Positions 49,222 through 61,800 of a stretch of 64,000 nucleotides of DNA are shown piece by piece. The number at the start of each line of letters is the position of its first letter. Positions within the stretch are counted from its first letter, which is position 1. The DNA lies in assembly GCA_022813865.1 (NCBI GenBank), contig JALDZX010000023.1, positions 124,001-188,000 of the forward strand, given 5' to 3'. Below the pieces are notes generated by a model, which was given only the letters and a program-made list of their open reading frames with translations, had not been told where the DNA came from and ran no database searches. This stretch comes from Xylographa opegraphella (taxonomy: Eukaryota). A program made the translations under genes and the position numbers.

Positions 49222-50320
49222 GTTGAAGCCGTTTCACTTCTATAGGGCGTTTTCGGTGATGGTGCTGGGAGGACTATTAAAGTCGCCGCGCGTCGAAGCA
49301 AGCCCAACCACGGCCCAGACATTACCGCAACGTACATGACATGCTTGGCGCACACGAATGAGGGTGGCTCTATCCCGGCATGCTTTCGGTCGTTTTGGCT
49401 GGGCTCATTCTTGTGGCCCAGGAGGCGAGTCCGATGGTCGATGCAGCAAGTCTGACGGAATCACGAGCGGCATAACGGCATGACGCCGAGCCGAGGGCAA
49501 AGCCACGGCCTTTTGTTGACGGTCGTGCAGAAGGAGCCAGGGAAGGGGGGGGTTGTGGTCAGGTCAGAGTGGCGGAGAGTTCAGGGCGATGATGGCACGA
49601 GTTAAGTAGATACTTTTGCAGAGGCCGACAAGGCACAAACGGCGATGACGGCCCTCCATCACGATGACAGTCGGGCCTGGGGACCCTGCAGGCACGTGGG
49701 GGGCCTGTCGAGGCCCATGCACGCATTTGCCGCGGTGGTGTGATCACGGTCGATCATCTGTCGATGCTTTTGGCGGAGAAAGGAGAGGCAAGACGAAAAG
49801 AGGTGTGGAGGCGGGGGGCCGGTGGTGTTGGACCCTTGGACCCTTGGACCCTCCTTTGCTTCGCTTCCGGCGTAGTTTTCAGCACTAGAGGCGGGGTTGA
49901 GAGCTGCACCCGCCCCGACGAACCTCGAACAGCCAGACCTTTTTTACTTCGCGGCCTATCAACGTCAAGCTGCACCGGTCTTGGCGCTCTCTCCCTCGCT
50001 CTCTCTGTCACTCTTCCCACTCTTCCCACTCTCACCCTCTCTCTCCATTGCCAGCCTACCATGCAGAGCCCGTGGCGGTCGAGATCACAACGATGTCCCA
50101 CGGCCAGCGAGATCCCCAGCCCGATGCCTCATTGTTCATTGCTCTGCTAGCTTCTTTTTCGCCTTCCCCAGGGCAGCCCGCTTTCCGTATCGCTTGCTCA
50201 ATACAGCAGCATGGTGCATCCTCTGCAACACCGCTTCCCCCGGTGTACCAAGTGCGGGTCTGGAGTAGCCGGCCGGCGCTCGAGCAGCTTACTATATGAT
50301 CACACCGTTCTTCCTCTATC

Positions 50321-51753
50321 ATGACACCACTTTCAGACCAAGACTCTGGACTCGCAATCTCACTCCCCGCTGCACATATGCCAGCACTCGAAACGCGGTT
50401 GACCACAAGGGCCATGGAAGACGTAAGCCGCGGCATTGCTCCACCCCCTCTTCCCCCCGCACCCTCCCCCTCCCCACCCCACCGGAGCAATCTCCTTACA
50501 CGAGTCTATCCCCGAGCTGACCTCAACGTCTTAGTATTACCATTCGCTCAACACTCCCGAGCATAAGTTTTCCTACGACGAGGATCCGTACTCGTGTGTC
50601 CCATCAAACGTGAGGTCAGACTTCCTCCTTAAGCACGCCGCTTCTTGACTGCCGGCTGACGGAGGCCAAGGCTAATCCGCTGCCTGTGAACGACCAATCC
50701 ACAACATACCTGCCATTCCTCGACAGGTCGTTCGGCTCCGACTTCCAGAATGTGCCATGGCCTAGTATGCCATTCGCAGAGCGATACAACCAATATAGCG
50801 GCCCTGACAAGGGACCAGAACTTACAGGCCAACCTAGTGCAAAGCGTACCAAAACGAGCCTGAAGTGCTGCACCACCGGTTGTCTCAACACACCCGTGCA
50901 TTGCATCGAGCAGAGCGTGGGCTCCAAGGAGAGAATCGCAACGGACCGTTCGCTGTGCGAGATACACATCAAACCCGAGATGGAAACGTCGTCGGAGCTC
51001 AGGCTGCATGTCCCGCCGGGCACGAACCGTACGCCTGCGAGTCCCGAAGCTTCCCCTGTTCGAGGCAACAACCGCTACCAAGAAATGCCGACGACCCGCA
51101 GCTCAATCAAGCGTAACTCTAGCTCGGCGTACGAGGGGAACACGTCCAAGAGAACGTCCGGCGAAGCGTCGCGCTCTCAGATATCATCCGACAGCACCAC
51201 CAAATCGTCTTCCGCCGACCTACCAAAGACCTCGTCCAATGCGACCAACAGCAGAGACGAGCAGGGTAATCCGCCCGCGCGTCTGGTGAAAGCGTCGCAT
51301 TGCCAGGTGGAGCGCAAGTACCGCGAGAACCTAAACACCAAGTTCGAAACCTTACGACGAGCCATCCCGTCCATGCAGTCGCCCGGCGACAACCCCTCGA
51401 GCGCGGGTCCGGACCTCGAAGACCTCGGCGGGTCGTCGAAGCCGCGCAAGGCGGACGTCCTGTCGAACGCGACGGACTACGTCAAGCAGATGGAGGAGAA
51501 GAACCGGGCGATGGCGAACGAGATCGAGTTCCTGCGCTCGAGGGTCGAGGCCATCTCGAAGCTCATCAAGTGCGAGGACTGCTGGCTCCTGAACGGGGTG
51601 TCGGGCATGCGCTTCGATCCGCACGGAGGGGTCCCCACCTTCCCGACGCAGGGCGTCGGCGAGCCGCTCGACCCTCGGGCCGGCGGCGAGAGGTTCGATT
51701 CCAGGGGCGGAGGCGGACCGGCGGCGGACTGGATGGAGCAGAGTCCGACGTGA
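50321..51753 (+). CDS. bHLH transcription factor with SREBP-type Tyr (ERKYR); introns 50423-50534, 50610-50670; start codon uncertain
   Basis: SHCQVERKYRENLNTKFETLRRAIP...KPRKADVLSNATDYVKQME; two canonical introns link upstream ATG exon in frame. Confidence 0.88.
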
Positions 51754-52189
51754 AGCAGGAGGCTTGGGCTTGTGGTTCTGGCGCGGCAGCGTGGGATTTG
51801 TCGACGGGAAAGGGGCGTCTCACCGATTAGCGCACTGTCCTTATCTGACTCGATCTCAATGATACCCGGTACGGATTCGGCGGCAGGCGCTTTTTCTCGC
51901 GTGGTAGATTTCAACAGGCAAATAAATCCCTTTCCGGTAGAGATTTTCTGGGTGCTGGATCCGTGTGCTGCTGCTGTGATATCTGTCTCGCCCATCTACC
52001 TACCTAGCCGTGAGGAGAGGTGAGGTGACGTGACTTGACGGGACTTGACATGACCTCGTTTGAAGATTGGTACTGCCACTGCCGACGGCTTTCTTGGTAG
52101 GACTATCGTGTCTGTTTGGATGGGGGGAGGGAGGAGGGGGAGGATCCTTCGTGCTGTGTTACCTCTGTTCGGGCATTGGATTACTTCTA

Positions 52190-53335
52190 AGCAATCAATT
52201 AATCAAATCAATCAACCACATACATACATTCTCCAAACTCCCCTACGCCCTTCCACCTATCTCCCTTCCTCCAATCCAATCCAATCCCCCCCCCCCCCCC
52301 CCCAATCTCAGTCCCAGTCCCAATCTCGGACCCAGCTCCGCGCTCCCAATCTCCCATCTTCATTTCAAATCCCGATTAAATCAAATCAAATCCATTCCAA
52401 TTAGATCCCAATCTCGGACGACCCATCTCCATCCTCACCTCTATCTCCAATCTCCAATCTCCATTTCAAATTCAATTCAATCTCGGACCCAGCTCCGCGC
52501 TCCCATCCCCTTCTCCATCTCCCATCCCCCTCTCCAATCTCAAATCCTGTCCTAGTCCAGTCCAGTCCCAATCAAATTCAAATTCAAATCAAATCAAGTC
52601 AAATCCCAATCCAATCCCGGACCCACCTCCGCTCCCATTCCCCGCGGCCTGGCTTAGCCAGCCTAGCTGGGTATCTAGGTACGTTACGCTACGTTGCACG
52701 ACCGAACGACCGAACGACCGAGCGAGCGACGTTACCCACACCCCGGCCCGGCTAGTGCCCACACCCGGCGCTGGTCGCGGAGGCGTCTCCGGCTGTGTGT
52801 CTGGATGGGATGGGATGGGTGGCGGGAGGGGGGGGGGGGTGGTTACGTAGATAGGTAAGGTAGGTAAGGTAGGTAGGTAAGGTATGGAGGCAGGGCGAGA
52901 CAACTCCGCTCCGCTCCGCTACGATACTGGTACGGGGGATTGATGAGCGATGGAGAGCAAAGCTTTCGGCTGCGAAAGAGAATTAATCATGATTATTATT
53001 ATCTAAAGCGTTTATTAGTTGGTTAGTTGGTTGGTCAGTTACTCTATCCGATTTAAAGTGATTTGATTTGGTTTATTGCTCTCAGATAGATAGATAGACA
53101 GATAGGGAGGGAGGAGGGAGGGGTCGTAAATAAAGTACGGACGTATCGAGTACTATTTATTTATACCTACACCTACACATGTATATATACACACACACAC
53201 ACACACACATGGACACGAACACGAACACGGACGCATGTTGTCAAAAATATAGTCGGTGGTATAAACTACCTACCTACCCTACCTACCCTACCCATATACC
53301 ACCCATCTACCCTACCTCCCTACCAACCAACATCC
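52190..53335. repeat. Compound low-complexity / microsatellite region (AATC, CCAAT, TCAAA, GTAG, CTAC, AC, poly-C, poly-G)
   Basis: Direct reading; includes dispersed copies of CAATCTCGGACCCAGCTCCGCGCTCCCA at about 52321 and 52478. Confidence 0.9.
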
Positions 53336-53988
53336 AGTCTCGCTTAATACCGTCAGGGATACCCTAGCAGGCGCGACACAGTACATGCCCGGTCATCAGC
53401 CATCGCCGATCTCCCACCGCCCGATCGCGTGTTCGGCGGCGGGCGCTGTGTGTGTGTGGACCCTGGACAGGGGTGTGGGATGACGTAGGGCTGGGTTGGG
53501 CTGTTGGTTGCGGATAGGGGGGGACGGGGATGGGAGGGGAGACGGGGATCGATGAGTGGATGGGAGGGGGAGGGGGATGGATGAGGTGGCGGTTGGGGGA
53601 CTGGAGGTGGGAGAGGCGCGATTGGGAGGAGGGGATTTTATGGGATCAGAAGAGGGGCCTTGGGGAGTATGGGGAAATGCGGTTCGCGGGTGAGGGGGAG
53701 ATGGACTATGGAAAACGGGAAACGGGAAATGTGTTGATAGTCCGGGAGGAGGAGAAGCGAGGGCAGAGTATACGCGGCCGACGAATGTGGCTGGCTCGGT
53801 GCATATGGATCTCCGCGGACGCTTTCGCAGGCCTGGCCATAGTAGTGAAGATGGGAAAGCGAGAAACAAGATCGTCCATCGTCACGCGCGAAGACGACGA
53901 CAGTATTGGCGGAATGTTTGCTCCGCCAGAAGAGAGCGATACCTATTGACTCGGACACCTTGAACCCCTGCCATACCCCTTTCCCTGC

Positions 53989-54975
53989 CTAAGCGAGCCC
54001 GAAGTCTGACTTCCAGCGCCCAATGGCAAGAATCATGAATCTTGTCCGAACGCCTTTCGTGAATCGTCTAATCATCGCCCGACTGGCCAACACATACTTG
54101 AAGCTCCACCGGAGGAGCCCTTACAACAGCGGCAGCCATTTCTCCTGGCGTTCCCACACGCCCGCGTATAGCTGCTCGCAGTCGTCCGGCCCGGAGAGGA
54201 TCATGGCGCGGGCCCAGGATGTTCGACGTTTGGCTTCCTGGGCTGCCGCGGCTTCGGCGGTGGTGTCTGATTCATTGTTGGGATCATGCACAGCTGAGTT
54301 GGACGGGAGGATGCTGTTTGGTGGGGTCGGCGATGTGATCTGAGCGTCTGAGATAGGGTTGTTGGATTGGGATGCTATGGTTGGAACTGCAGGAGAGAGC
54401 ACGTTAAATTCGTGATGTTGATTCGGTTCAAATAATAACAACAGCTGGGGCAGTGGGAAAGGTAGACGGGTAAGAAGACGATAGAGTAATTAACAAGCAC
54501 AGAGGGATATACCCCGTCTGCTGGTGGTCCGCAGACAATGAACCGTGCTAAGGTTGTGATATGAAACGTACGTTAACCAACAGCAGGGATTCATACCTGT
54601 GTGTTCCTCGGGGCTCGGTAGTACTTCTTTCACATTGACGATAACCTCTTTCTTGACCGATGGGATGCTCCACCTCCGCCTATGGTGTAATGAGTGCTCT
54701 GGAGGATAGCGCTTGCTACCAGCACATTGAACATCACACTCCTGCCCAAAGGTCGAAGGGCTAGTGGCGCATGTCTTAGCAGGATAAGCCTCCACGTCAG
54801 TAAATGCGTGCATCAACGGAGACGGGCTGTGACACTCGTAAGGGCTGCTTGGTGTGGAAGTTTCTAGCAGCTCAGGCATCTCGAACTCGCTGGTAGGAAG
54901 GTTCCACGCATTGGCATTGGTCTCAATGTTGGTGAGCTGACCTTCCAAGATAGTGCGTAGTCGTGGATCAGGCAT
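53989..54975 (-). CDS. Tentative hypothetical spliced gene
   Basis: ORFs 54490-55098 and 54121-54441 share a frame and can be joined through GT-AG introns; no family recognised; model speculative. Confidence 0.35.
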
Positions 54976-55487
54976 TGTATAGAGGATCGAGGATGTGCAA
55001 TGTTGAGAACTGCTGGAGCACACTATATATGCCGCGGAGATGGTAGTGCACGTCATCCTTGGTAGAGAATGCAGTTGTTCCAGACTCACCGCGTACAATG
55101 TCTTGTGGTTCGCTGATGGCGTGACATGCCCGCGTCGAAGTGCCTTTACGGAAAGACCACATGACTGGACCCGAATAGGCCAAGCGAATCAAAGTCACCG
55201 GGAGACGGCGACGAGCGACAGTCAATCGCGAGTGGCTATGCATGACACCGAGCATAAACGGGAATGTGGTGGGCGAGTGGTGTGATAGAGAAGCATAACT
55301 AGGCTGTATGGAAGACAAGCTTCGAGGGTTGGAGAAGTGAATGAACACAAAATGAGATATCCCGGCCGGTACATGAATTCAACCAAACCACACCGTTTGC
55401 TGCAACAGCTCGTAAAGATCCAGCTATCTAGCCAGGATCGTACCAACTCTTACATTCCAGCATTACATCTGTGAAACCCGGCCAGCA

Positions 55488-55922
55488 ATGCCTCTTACCG
55501 ATCCGGTAGATAGCTCTATTATCCTCGAATCCAACCCTTTCGAGGACAAGACCGCTCAAGCACCTCTGAAGAGTGCTTCACCGCCAATGACAGAGCATAA
55601 GAAATCTAGCGATAGTGATCTCTCATCCTCGCCCGAAACTCCTGTAACAGGAGGCAATGGGCCACATTTCAAGCACTATGAACACGACTGGGATCAGTTC
55701 GACGGACCCATATACTGCAATGTCGAATCTCAGTACAAGGGCGCCTTTGGCACATCCGACAATCACTACGCAGCCACAGCGGTAAAGCCAGGGGCTGTTG
55801 AGCACTCGCATCCCAAAGGGACAACACCAATGATGGGTACGACCAGAACTCAATCTGAATTCCAACACCTTGTCGAGTATAAACTGATGCTTCCACCCAG
55901 GGAACACGCCGCTGAAATATGA
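55488..55922 (+). CDS. Hypothetical protein (may continue by splicing)
   Basis: 144-aa ATG ORF with protein-like composition; no motif. Confidence 0.35.
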   Translation: MPLTDPVDSSIILESNPFEDKTAQAPLKSASPPMTEHKKSSDSDLSSSPETPVTGGNGPHFKHYEHDWDQFDGPIYCNVESQYKGAFGTSDNHYAATAVKPGAVEHSHPKGTTPMMGTTRTQSEFQHLVEYKLMLPPREHAAEI

Positions 55923-57347
55923 ACCTAGGACCCACGCCGTTAACGGGCATTATGATCCATTGACTGTCTGTGGAGACTGTACGGCTCATCAAAGAGCGGC
56001 CGCGTCCCATACCGACATCGAACATCGTGCGGATGCGATCCATCATTTTTCGAATAATGTCATAGACAAGGTGGTCCTGCTCGAGAAAGAGCTAGGCGTG
56101 ACGATTGTCCACCTTGTGCACGAAGGTACATCTTGGATACGTAGAGGACATCATCATGGAACTGGACATGGCAAGCAAGACAGTCAACAAGATGGCTTTG
56201 AGCCAGAAAATGGCAGTCCTTTACAGCGTGGATTACCTGTGCATGGCCAGTAGCAGAAGGAAAGGCGATCAACAATAGGGCAACAGGAGCAATTGATAGA
56301 TACAAGGGAAACATCCTCGTTCAGCAGATACCAAATACCATGCCTGATAATTAGAATCCATGATAGAAGGTTGTGCTGTCACCTACCTCCACGGTGATCG
56401 TCATGATGGCAATAATGCCTCAGCGGAAAGGACTCGAAGTTGAAAGACATGACGTATGCCAAGCTAGCGTGTAGCGTGACTGTGACGGGATTGTTCGGCT
56501 TAAAGAGTCGCCTTCACCCGGGAAACCCCGCATCGACCCCGATGTCTTGGCAGCTGCTGGCGGATTACCTAAATCATGACTTAGCACAATACTTGCTGAC
56601 TGTGCAGCTTTCTCGGCAAGATGCTCCATTCTCCATACTAGTATGTTGCGTCTAAGCACATACTACTGCTCAAAAGCGGATAGTTGTTTTATTGTACACT
56701 TTGAATCTGTCGTTAAGAGGCAAGCTGAGTACAAAATCGGTATTCACAGGGCATATCCATCGTTCGAGGCTAGCGTCCATCGTTCTCGCATGTAGCGAAC
56801 GAAGTCTCTTGTCGTCCATTGGAATTATCACGCTCATTGTCAAAATTAAAGCCTCAAAGGCCACCCTAAAGTAGGAAGGTTCTGTATTACAAGCGTTCCC
56901 TCAAACAGCAAAGTCGTCTCATGCAAGGGTTTCACTCCAAATACAGTCCTCGATAGAGCCGTTGGAACTGTATATGTGGCCAAGGGCACACACTAAAGAG
57001 AATCAGATGAACTGGCTGTGTTATCTGTCACCATTGACGCGTCGAAGAGCAAGGGCTAAAGTGCTCCATGTGGGGCCTTAGCTCCTGACTATCCATTCAG
57101 GTGGAGGCTTACAGCGATTTCTTTCCGATGTCTCAGCAAATGTAGCCGACAGTCTACCGAGCGAGACCGGCCGTTGGAGTATAGATAATCAGATGTGTGC
57201 CCGTTTCGCGCTCTCGATTTCATTCTCTGTCCTTCCACATTTCCAGTTTTCAAGCTCTTTGACTGCACTATCAAGCACGTTTTCTGCAAAACCTCTCTCG
57301 TATTTCTTCATTTCCCCTTAGACTTACCACCCCAAAGAGTCGACGCA

Positions 57348-58439
57348 ATGGCTAAAACAATCGCTGTTTGCGGAGCTACAGGCGGACAGGGTGGCTCAGT
57401 CGCTCGCATTCTCCTTAAAAGGGGCGAGTGGAAAGTTCGTGCCATCACCCGCAATGTGGAGAGTCGTGGCGCCAAAGCTCTGGCAGCCCAAGGCGCAGAG
57501 GTAGTGGCTGCGGATTTGGATGACGAGGAATCTTTGGTCAAGGCATTCGATGTATGAAAATGACGATATCTGATTTTTCGAACTTGATTTATGGCTGATC
57601 ATCTTGCTCTTGACTAGGGTGTTCAAGCTATCTTCGGAGTCACAAACTTCTGGGAAGAGCTGGCCAAGCTTGGTGCCGAAGCCGCTTCCACGTACGAGCA
57701 GGGGCAAGCCATAAAGCTTGCGTCGGCGGCGGCCAAGACCAAGACTCTCGAGCATTATATTTGGAGCACACTACCAAGCACCAAGACTCCATCGGGAGGC
57801 AAACACTTTGTGCCACACATGGAGCCAAAGTCACAAGTTGACCAGTACATTCGGGACAAGCTCCCAGAACTAGCAAAGAAAACGACATTTTTGTGGGTTG
57901 CGTGGTATGCGGCGAACCTGGCAAAGATGCCTTTGATCAAGTTGATGGAAGTGGTGAGTTCTAGGACCCCACTCTCGGTTTTCGCAACTCCTTCCGCTGA
58001 CAAAGTCCGAGTCAAGCCTGGTTCAGGAAAGTATATATGGCCCCAACCCAGCAAAGCCTCCGCCATGCTTCCCAATTCAGGCGACATTGGCGTGAACATC
58101 GGCGTCTTCACAGCCGCCATTCTTGCGCACCCTGAGATCTCCCTACCGGGAAAATACGCCTGGGTGCAGACTGAGAAGACGACGTTCCAAGAGATCATGG
58201 AGACGTGGTCGAAAGTCACCGGGAAAGACGCTGTGTACGTCGATCTCTCCGCCGAACAGTACATCCAGCTCTGGGGGCCGTACGGACTCGAGATGAGCAA
58301 GCAGTACGCATTTGGTGCGGAATATGGAGACTGGGACGACCTCAAGCCGGGCTTATTGGGTGCCGAGCAGTTGCAAATTGGTAAGGATGAGTTGGTGGGA
58401 CTGCAGCCGTTTTTGGAGAGCATTAAGTCTACCCTGTAG
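57348..58439 (+). CDS. NmrA-like family NAD(P)-binding protein; introns about 57552-57617 and 57954-58016
   Basis: IAVCGATGGQGGSV, VRAITRN, spliced IFGVTNFWE, HYIWSTL, VPHMEPK. Confidence 0.93.
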
Positions 58440-59064
58440 TTAAGGCTTCCAAAAACATTGCGGAGTACAAGTTGCTCTTTGGTGGTACCTAGGGTAGCTT
58501 AGATTTAGAGATCATTAACATTACCTGAAGTGGTTCGCGGTGACTATAAGAAGCGTATAGACAGTCTGATAGTCGCTTTCTCCTGGGATTAACTGGGCCT
58601 GACGAACTTCTTTTCGTGTTGCTCTGTGATTATTGAGTATCGCCAAGTACTCTATGTCATAGCTCATCCATGGTGTTGCTTAGCCCTGAGTGGTAATCTA
58701 AAAATCTATAATGCTGGAAAGCAGCTGCGATGAGGAAGGCGTCATGTGTGAGCCCTGAAGTCTACTCTTTACTTACATACTTAGGTGAAATGCCTACTCC
58801 ACACTCCGAATGTTCCAAACAGTTGCGCAGCAGGTCTGGAGATACTCTGTTTCTTTCTTATCGATATGTGGTCTCCAACGCAACCTTGAAGGGTGCTACA
58901 TATCGATCAGAGTCGCCAAGCCGTCAGCCTCGGCGCTTTCGTCTCTCGCGTCAAAACGTCCACGCGTTCCGGGAATAGGATTCATGCGTCTCTTTCATAC
59001 AGCCACCAATTTTTTTTGGTTTTGCTCTCGAATTTTGCTTATCCAGAAAAAAATCACACTTGCA

Positions 59065-60108
59065 ATGGCGATCGCGTATCAGGTTCCCCCCGGCGGCCTC
59101 TATGTGACGAATCCCAGGACTGTCGTTGATATTGTTGCGCGTAGCCTCGCCGTCCATTGCTTTGCCGTCTGTGCTTACGCTCACTTCAGAATTCTTGTAC
59201 CGTGGACCTTGGAGCGGCGATTGATGTTAGTTCAGATGGTTCTGTTCATGCTGGTTCCTGAATTGGCCATAATGCAAGCGCTGCTCTATGTGCCCTTCAT
59301 TCTTTTCACAGCGCGCGTGCCGGCAGATTGCTTTGCCCCCAAACGTTTAGCGGACGTGTCGGGGGATCATAGGAAGTATCGCATACGCGATAGTTATGGG
59401 TCCGACAAATTAAATTATGAGAGGCCTGCCCTTCCGACGGTCGTGCAAACCGATGGTGAGGGGAACGTCAAGTACAGCGAGGTTACGTTCCCATGGGTAT
59501 CTCAACTTATCTTCGTATTCATAACAAGTGGCCCTCTGATCGTCACCATCCTTGCTTATAAGCAGCGACTGGCGCTCACGTATATGGTGGCGGACTACGT
59601 CGGTAATTTAGGACTCGACCACAGCAACGCCTGGGTTTCTATCGGCGGAATGGTGGCGGCAACTGGCTCAGTGACACTCATCTTCCTCAAGAGATCATCG
59701 ACGTCAGAAGCAGTATTGTCGAAAGCTACTATGCTAAATCCCGAAGTTGAATCATACGCTCCAGATGTTATCTTATGTCAAGCCGTCATCTGCAGCATGA
59801 TACACAACGTCCTCTTGGCCGCTACGAACCACATAACACCATTGAGCTATGTAACTCACTTGGGAGGCGGACCGCTTCTCACTCTTCTGGGCGCAGGCCT
59901 GTTCATATACTGGCGGAGGCCGAAGTGGCGCTCTGCTACCAGGGCAGCTGTAAGGGGTCTGGCTATCTTCTTCGTGACCACAACGGCCGGAACACAGCTG
60001 GTCTCCGATATCAAGGAGCTGCTCGACGTCTCGCAAGGCCGTGTGCTACCGTATAATTACAGATGGAAAGTGAAGGACTGGGCTTCTAGCCGATCCACAG
60101 CTTCTTGA
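59065..60108 (+). CDS. Hypothetical multi-pass membrane protein
   Basis: Long ORF with several hydrophobic segments; start 59065 or 58810. Confidence 0.65.
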   Translation: MAIAYQVPPGGLYVTNPRTVVDIVARSLAVHCFAVCAYAHFRILVPWTLERRLMLVQMVLFMLVPELAIMQALLYVPFILFTARVPADCFAPKRLADVSGDHRKYRIRDSYGSDKLNYERPALPTVVQTDGEGNVKYSEVTFPWVSQLIFVFITSGPLIVTILAYKQRLALTYMVADYVGNLGLDHSNAWVSIGGMVAATGSVTLIFLKRSSTSEAVLSKATMLNPEVESYAPDVILCQAVICSMIHNVLLAATNHITPLSYVTHLGGGPLLTLLGAGLFIYWRRPKWRSATRAAVRGLAIFFVTTTAGTQLVSDIKELLDVSQGRVLPYNYRWKVKDWASSRSTAS

Positions 60109-60514
60109 ATTCCTTGTACTGTCCACTGCTCGTTTTGGTCCGTCGAAATGACGGGAACGGACCACATGGATCAAATTTCCTGGGCTTGCTACGAAAGAAT
60201 GTGGTTATCAGTCATACTGGCTTCGACCAACGGACCTCCTCCCATCGGCGAGACTCTCATCCTCTGGCCTTGAACTGTTCTCGCGCCTGCCGTACGCAGG
60301 GACCTTCTCACGAAGAAAAGAGATCCCTATGCAAGGACTAGGCATACCAACGAGTAACGAAATATCCCTCTCAGAACCTCCATCCTCACCCCCCTAACAA
60401 ACCCCCCTACCGCGCCCTCCCCTGTTCCAAAATCGACCCTAGCGCCACATCACATAACCAGCCAAGCCACAGGCCACCCACGCGCTCCACCAACAAGATA
60501 CACACGTCCGGCGG

Positions 60515-60823
60515 CCTCCTGTGTATGTGAACGAGCCGAGGTCCGACGTTGAAATAAGCTTTTAGCGCATCGCTGCCATCGACATCTTTCCGCCGTGTGT
60601 TGAGTGCCGGGCAGGCTAGGAGAGAGTTCCGGGCGAGGGTTGCGAACCCTAGATATCGAAGTTAATTCTCCTCCTGTGTATGCACACAAGCCGAGGTCCG
60701 ACGTTGAAATAAGCTTTTAGCGCATCGCTGCCATCGACATCTTTCCGCTGTGTGTTGAATGCCGGGCAGGCTAGGAGAGAGTTCCAGGCGAGGGTTGCGA
60801 ACCCTAGATATCGAAGTCAATTC
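60515..60823. repeat. Tandem duplication, 2 x 155 bp, about 95% identical
   Basis: 60515-60669 versus 60670-60823, eight differences by manual alignment. Confidence 0.95.
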
Positions 60824-60988
60824 GTGCGGGGTGGAAACATGTTTCGGAGATGATGTACGAGGGTTTGTGTTCGTGTAGTTCGTGGGGCTTCTATACCATC
60901 TCCACAGTAGCGTTATCGCTGTGTTTATAGATCAATTATCCTCCAGTCATCCCACCCCTCCCTGTTTGCCCCCGCAGGGGCCCGTCCC

Positions 60989-61800
60989 TCACTCTCCTCC
61001 CTCCTCCCCATCCAGCACCGACCCACCTCCCTCCTCCGCCACCCACTTCCCCCCCTCCCCCAAAACCACAGCCCTCACCCCCCTCTCCTCATTTCCACCC
61101 ACCACATTCTCCTCCACCCAGCTCACGGGCGCCAGCAGCAGCGCGCCCAGCACACAAAACCCCGTCGCCGCAAACTGCCACCCCAGCACCGCCAGCCACA
61201 GCACGCGCAGCACACTGACGAACTTGACGAACTCGTTCACCTGGTACAGGTCGTTCTGCGCCGCGATGCGATAGCAGCGCGGCGCGTGCGCCTCTGCCGG
61301 CGGTGTCGCGACGAGTTGTAGCTCAGTTACGAGTCGCACGCGTACTCGCAGGCCAGGGATGGCCCAGGGCTGGAAGACTTGGTGGATGGAGACGTAGAGG
61401 CGGAGAGAGTGCGCGTCGAAGGCTGTGGGGGCGCGGAGAGCGGCTTAGCAGGGTCGCTTAGAGGAGATGAGGTGTTGAGCGGCTCGCTCGCTCGCTCACT
61501 CACCCACACTGTCGACCGCGATGTCGATCCGCGGGCTCATAATCTTGTACCATCGGTAGATGTTCCAGATCAGCCAGCGCGAGCCGTGGAAGGAGCCCGT
61601 GCGGCAGAACGGGTGCGTGAAGGACGCGTCGGGCGTGAAGTAGCGCTCGATGGTCGCACGTTGGAGCGAGGGCGCGCTTTGTGTCAGGAGGTGGATGACG
61701 TGTGGGATTTCGGCGACTAGAGGGGGGGTTAGGAGGGTTAGTGAGGCGGATGTTGGTGGGGGGAAGGGAGGGGGAGGTGGGGAGGACCTGGGTTTTCCAT
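60989..61800 (-). CDS. Fungal NTF2-like (SigF-like) domain protein with hydrophobic C-terminus; introns 61717-61787, 61423-61503
   Basis: Spliced MENPVAEIPHVIHLLTQ..YFTPDASFTHPFC..YRWYKIMSPRI..VAFD..YRIAAQNDLYQ. Confidence 0.82.
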
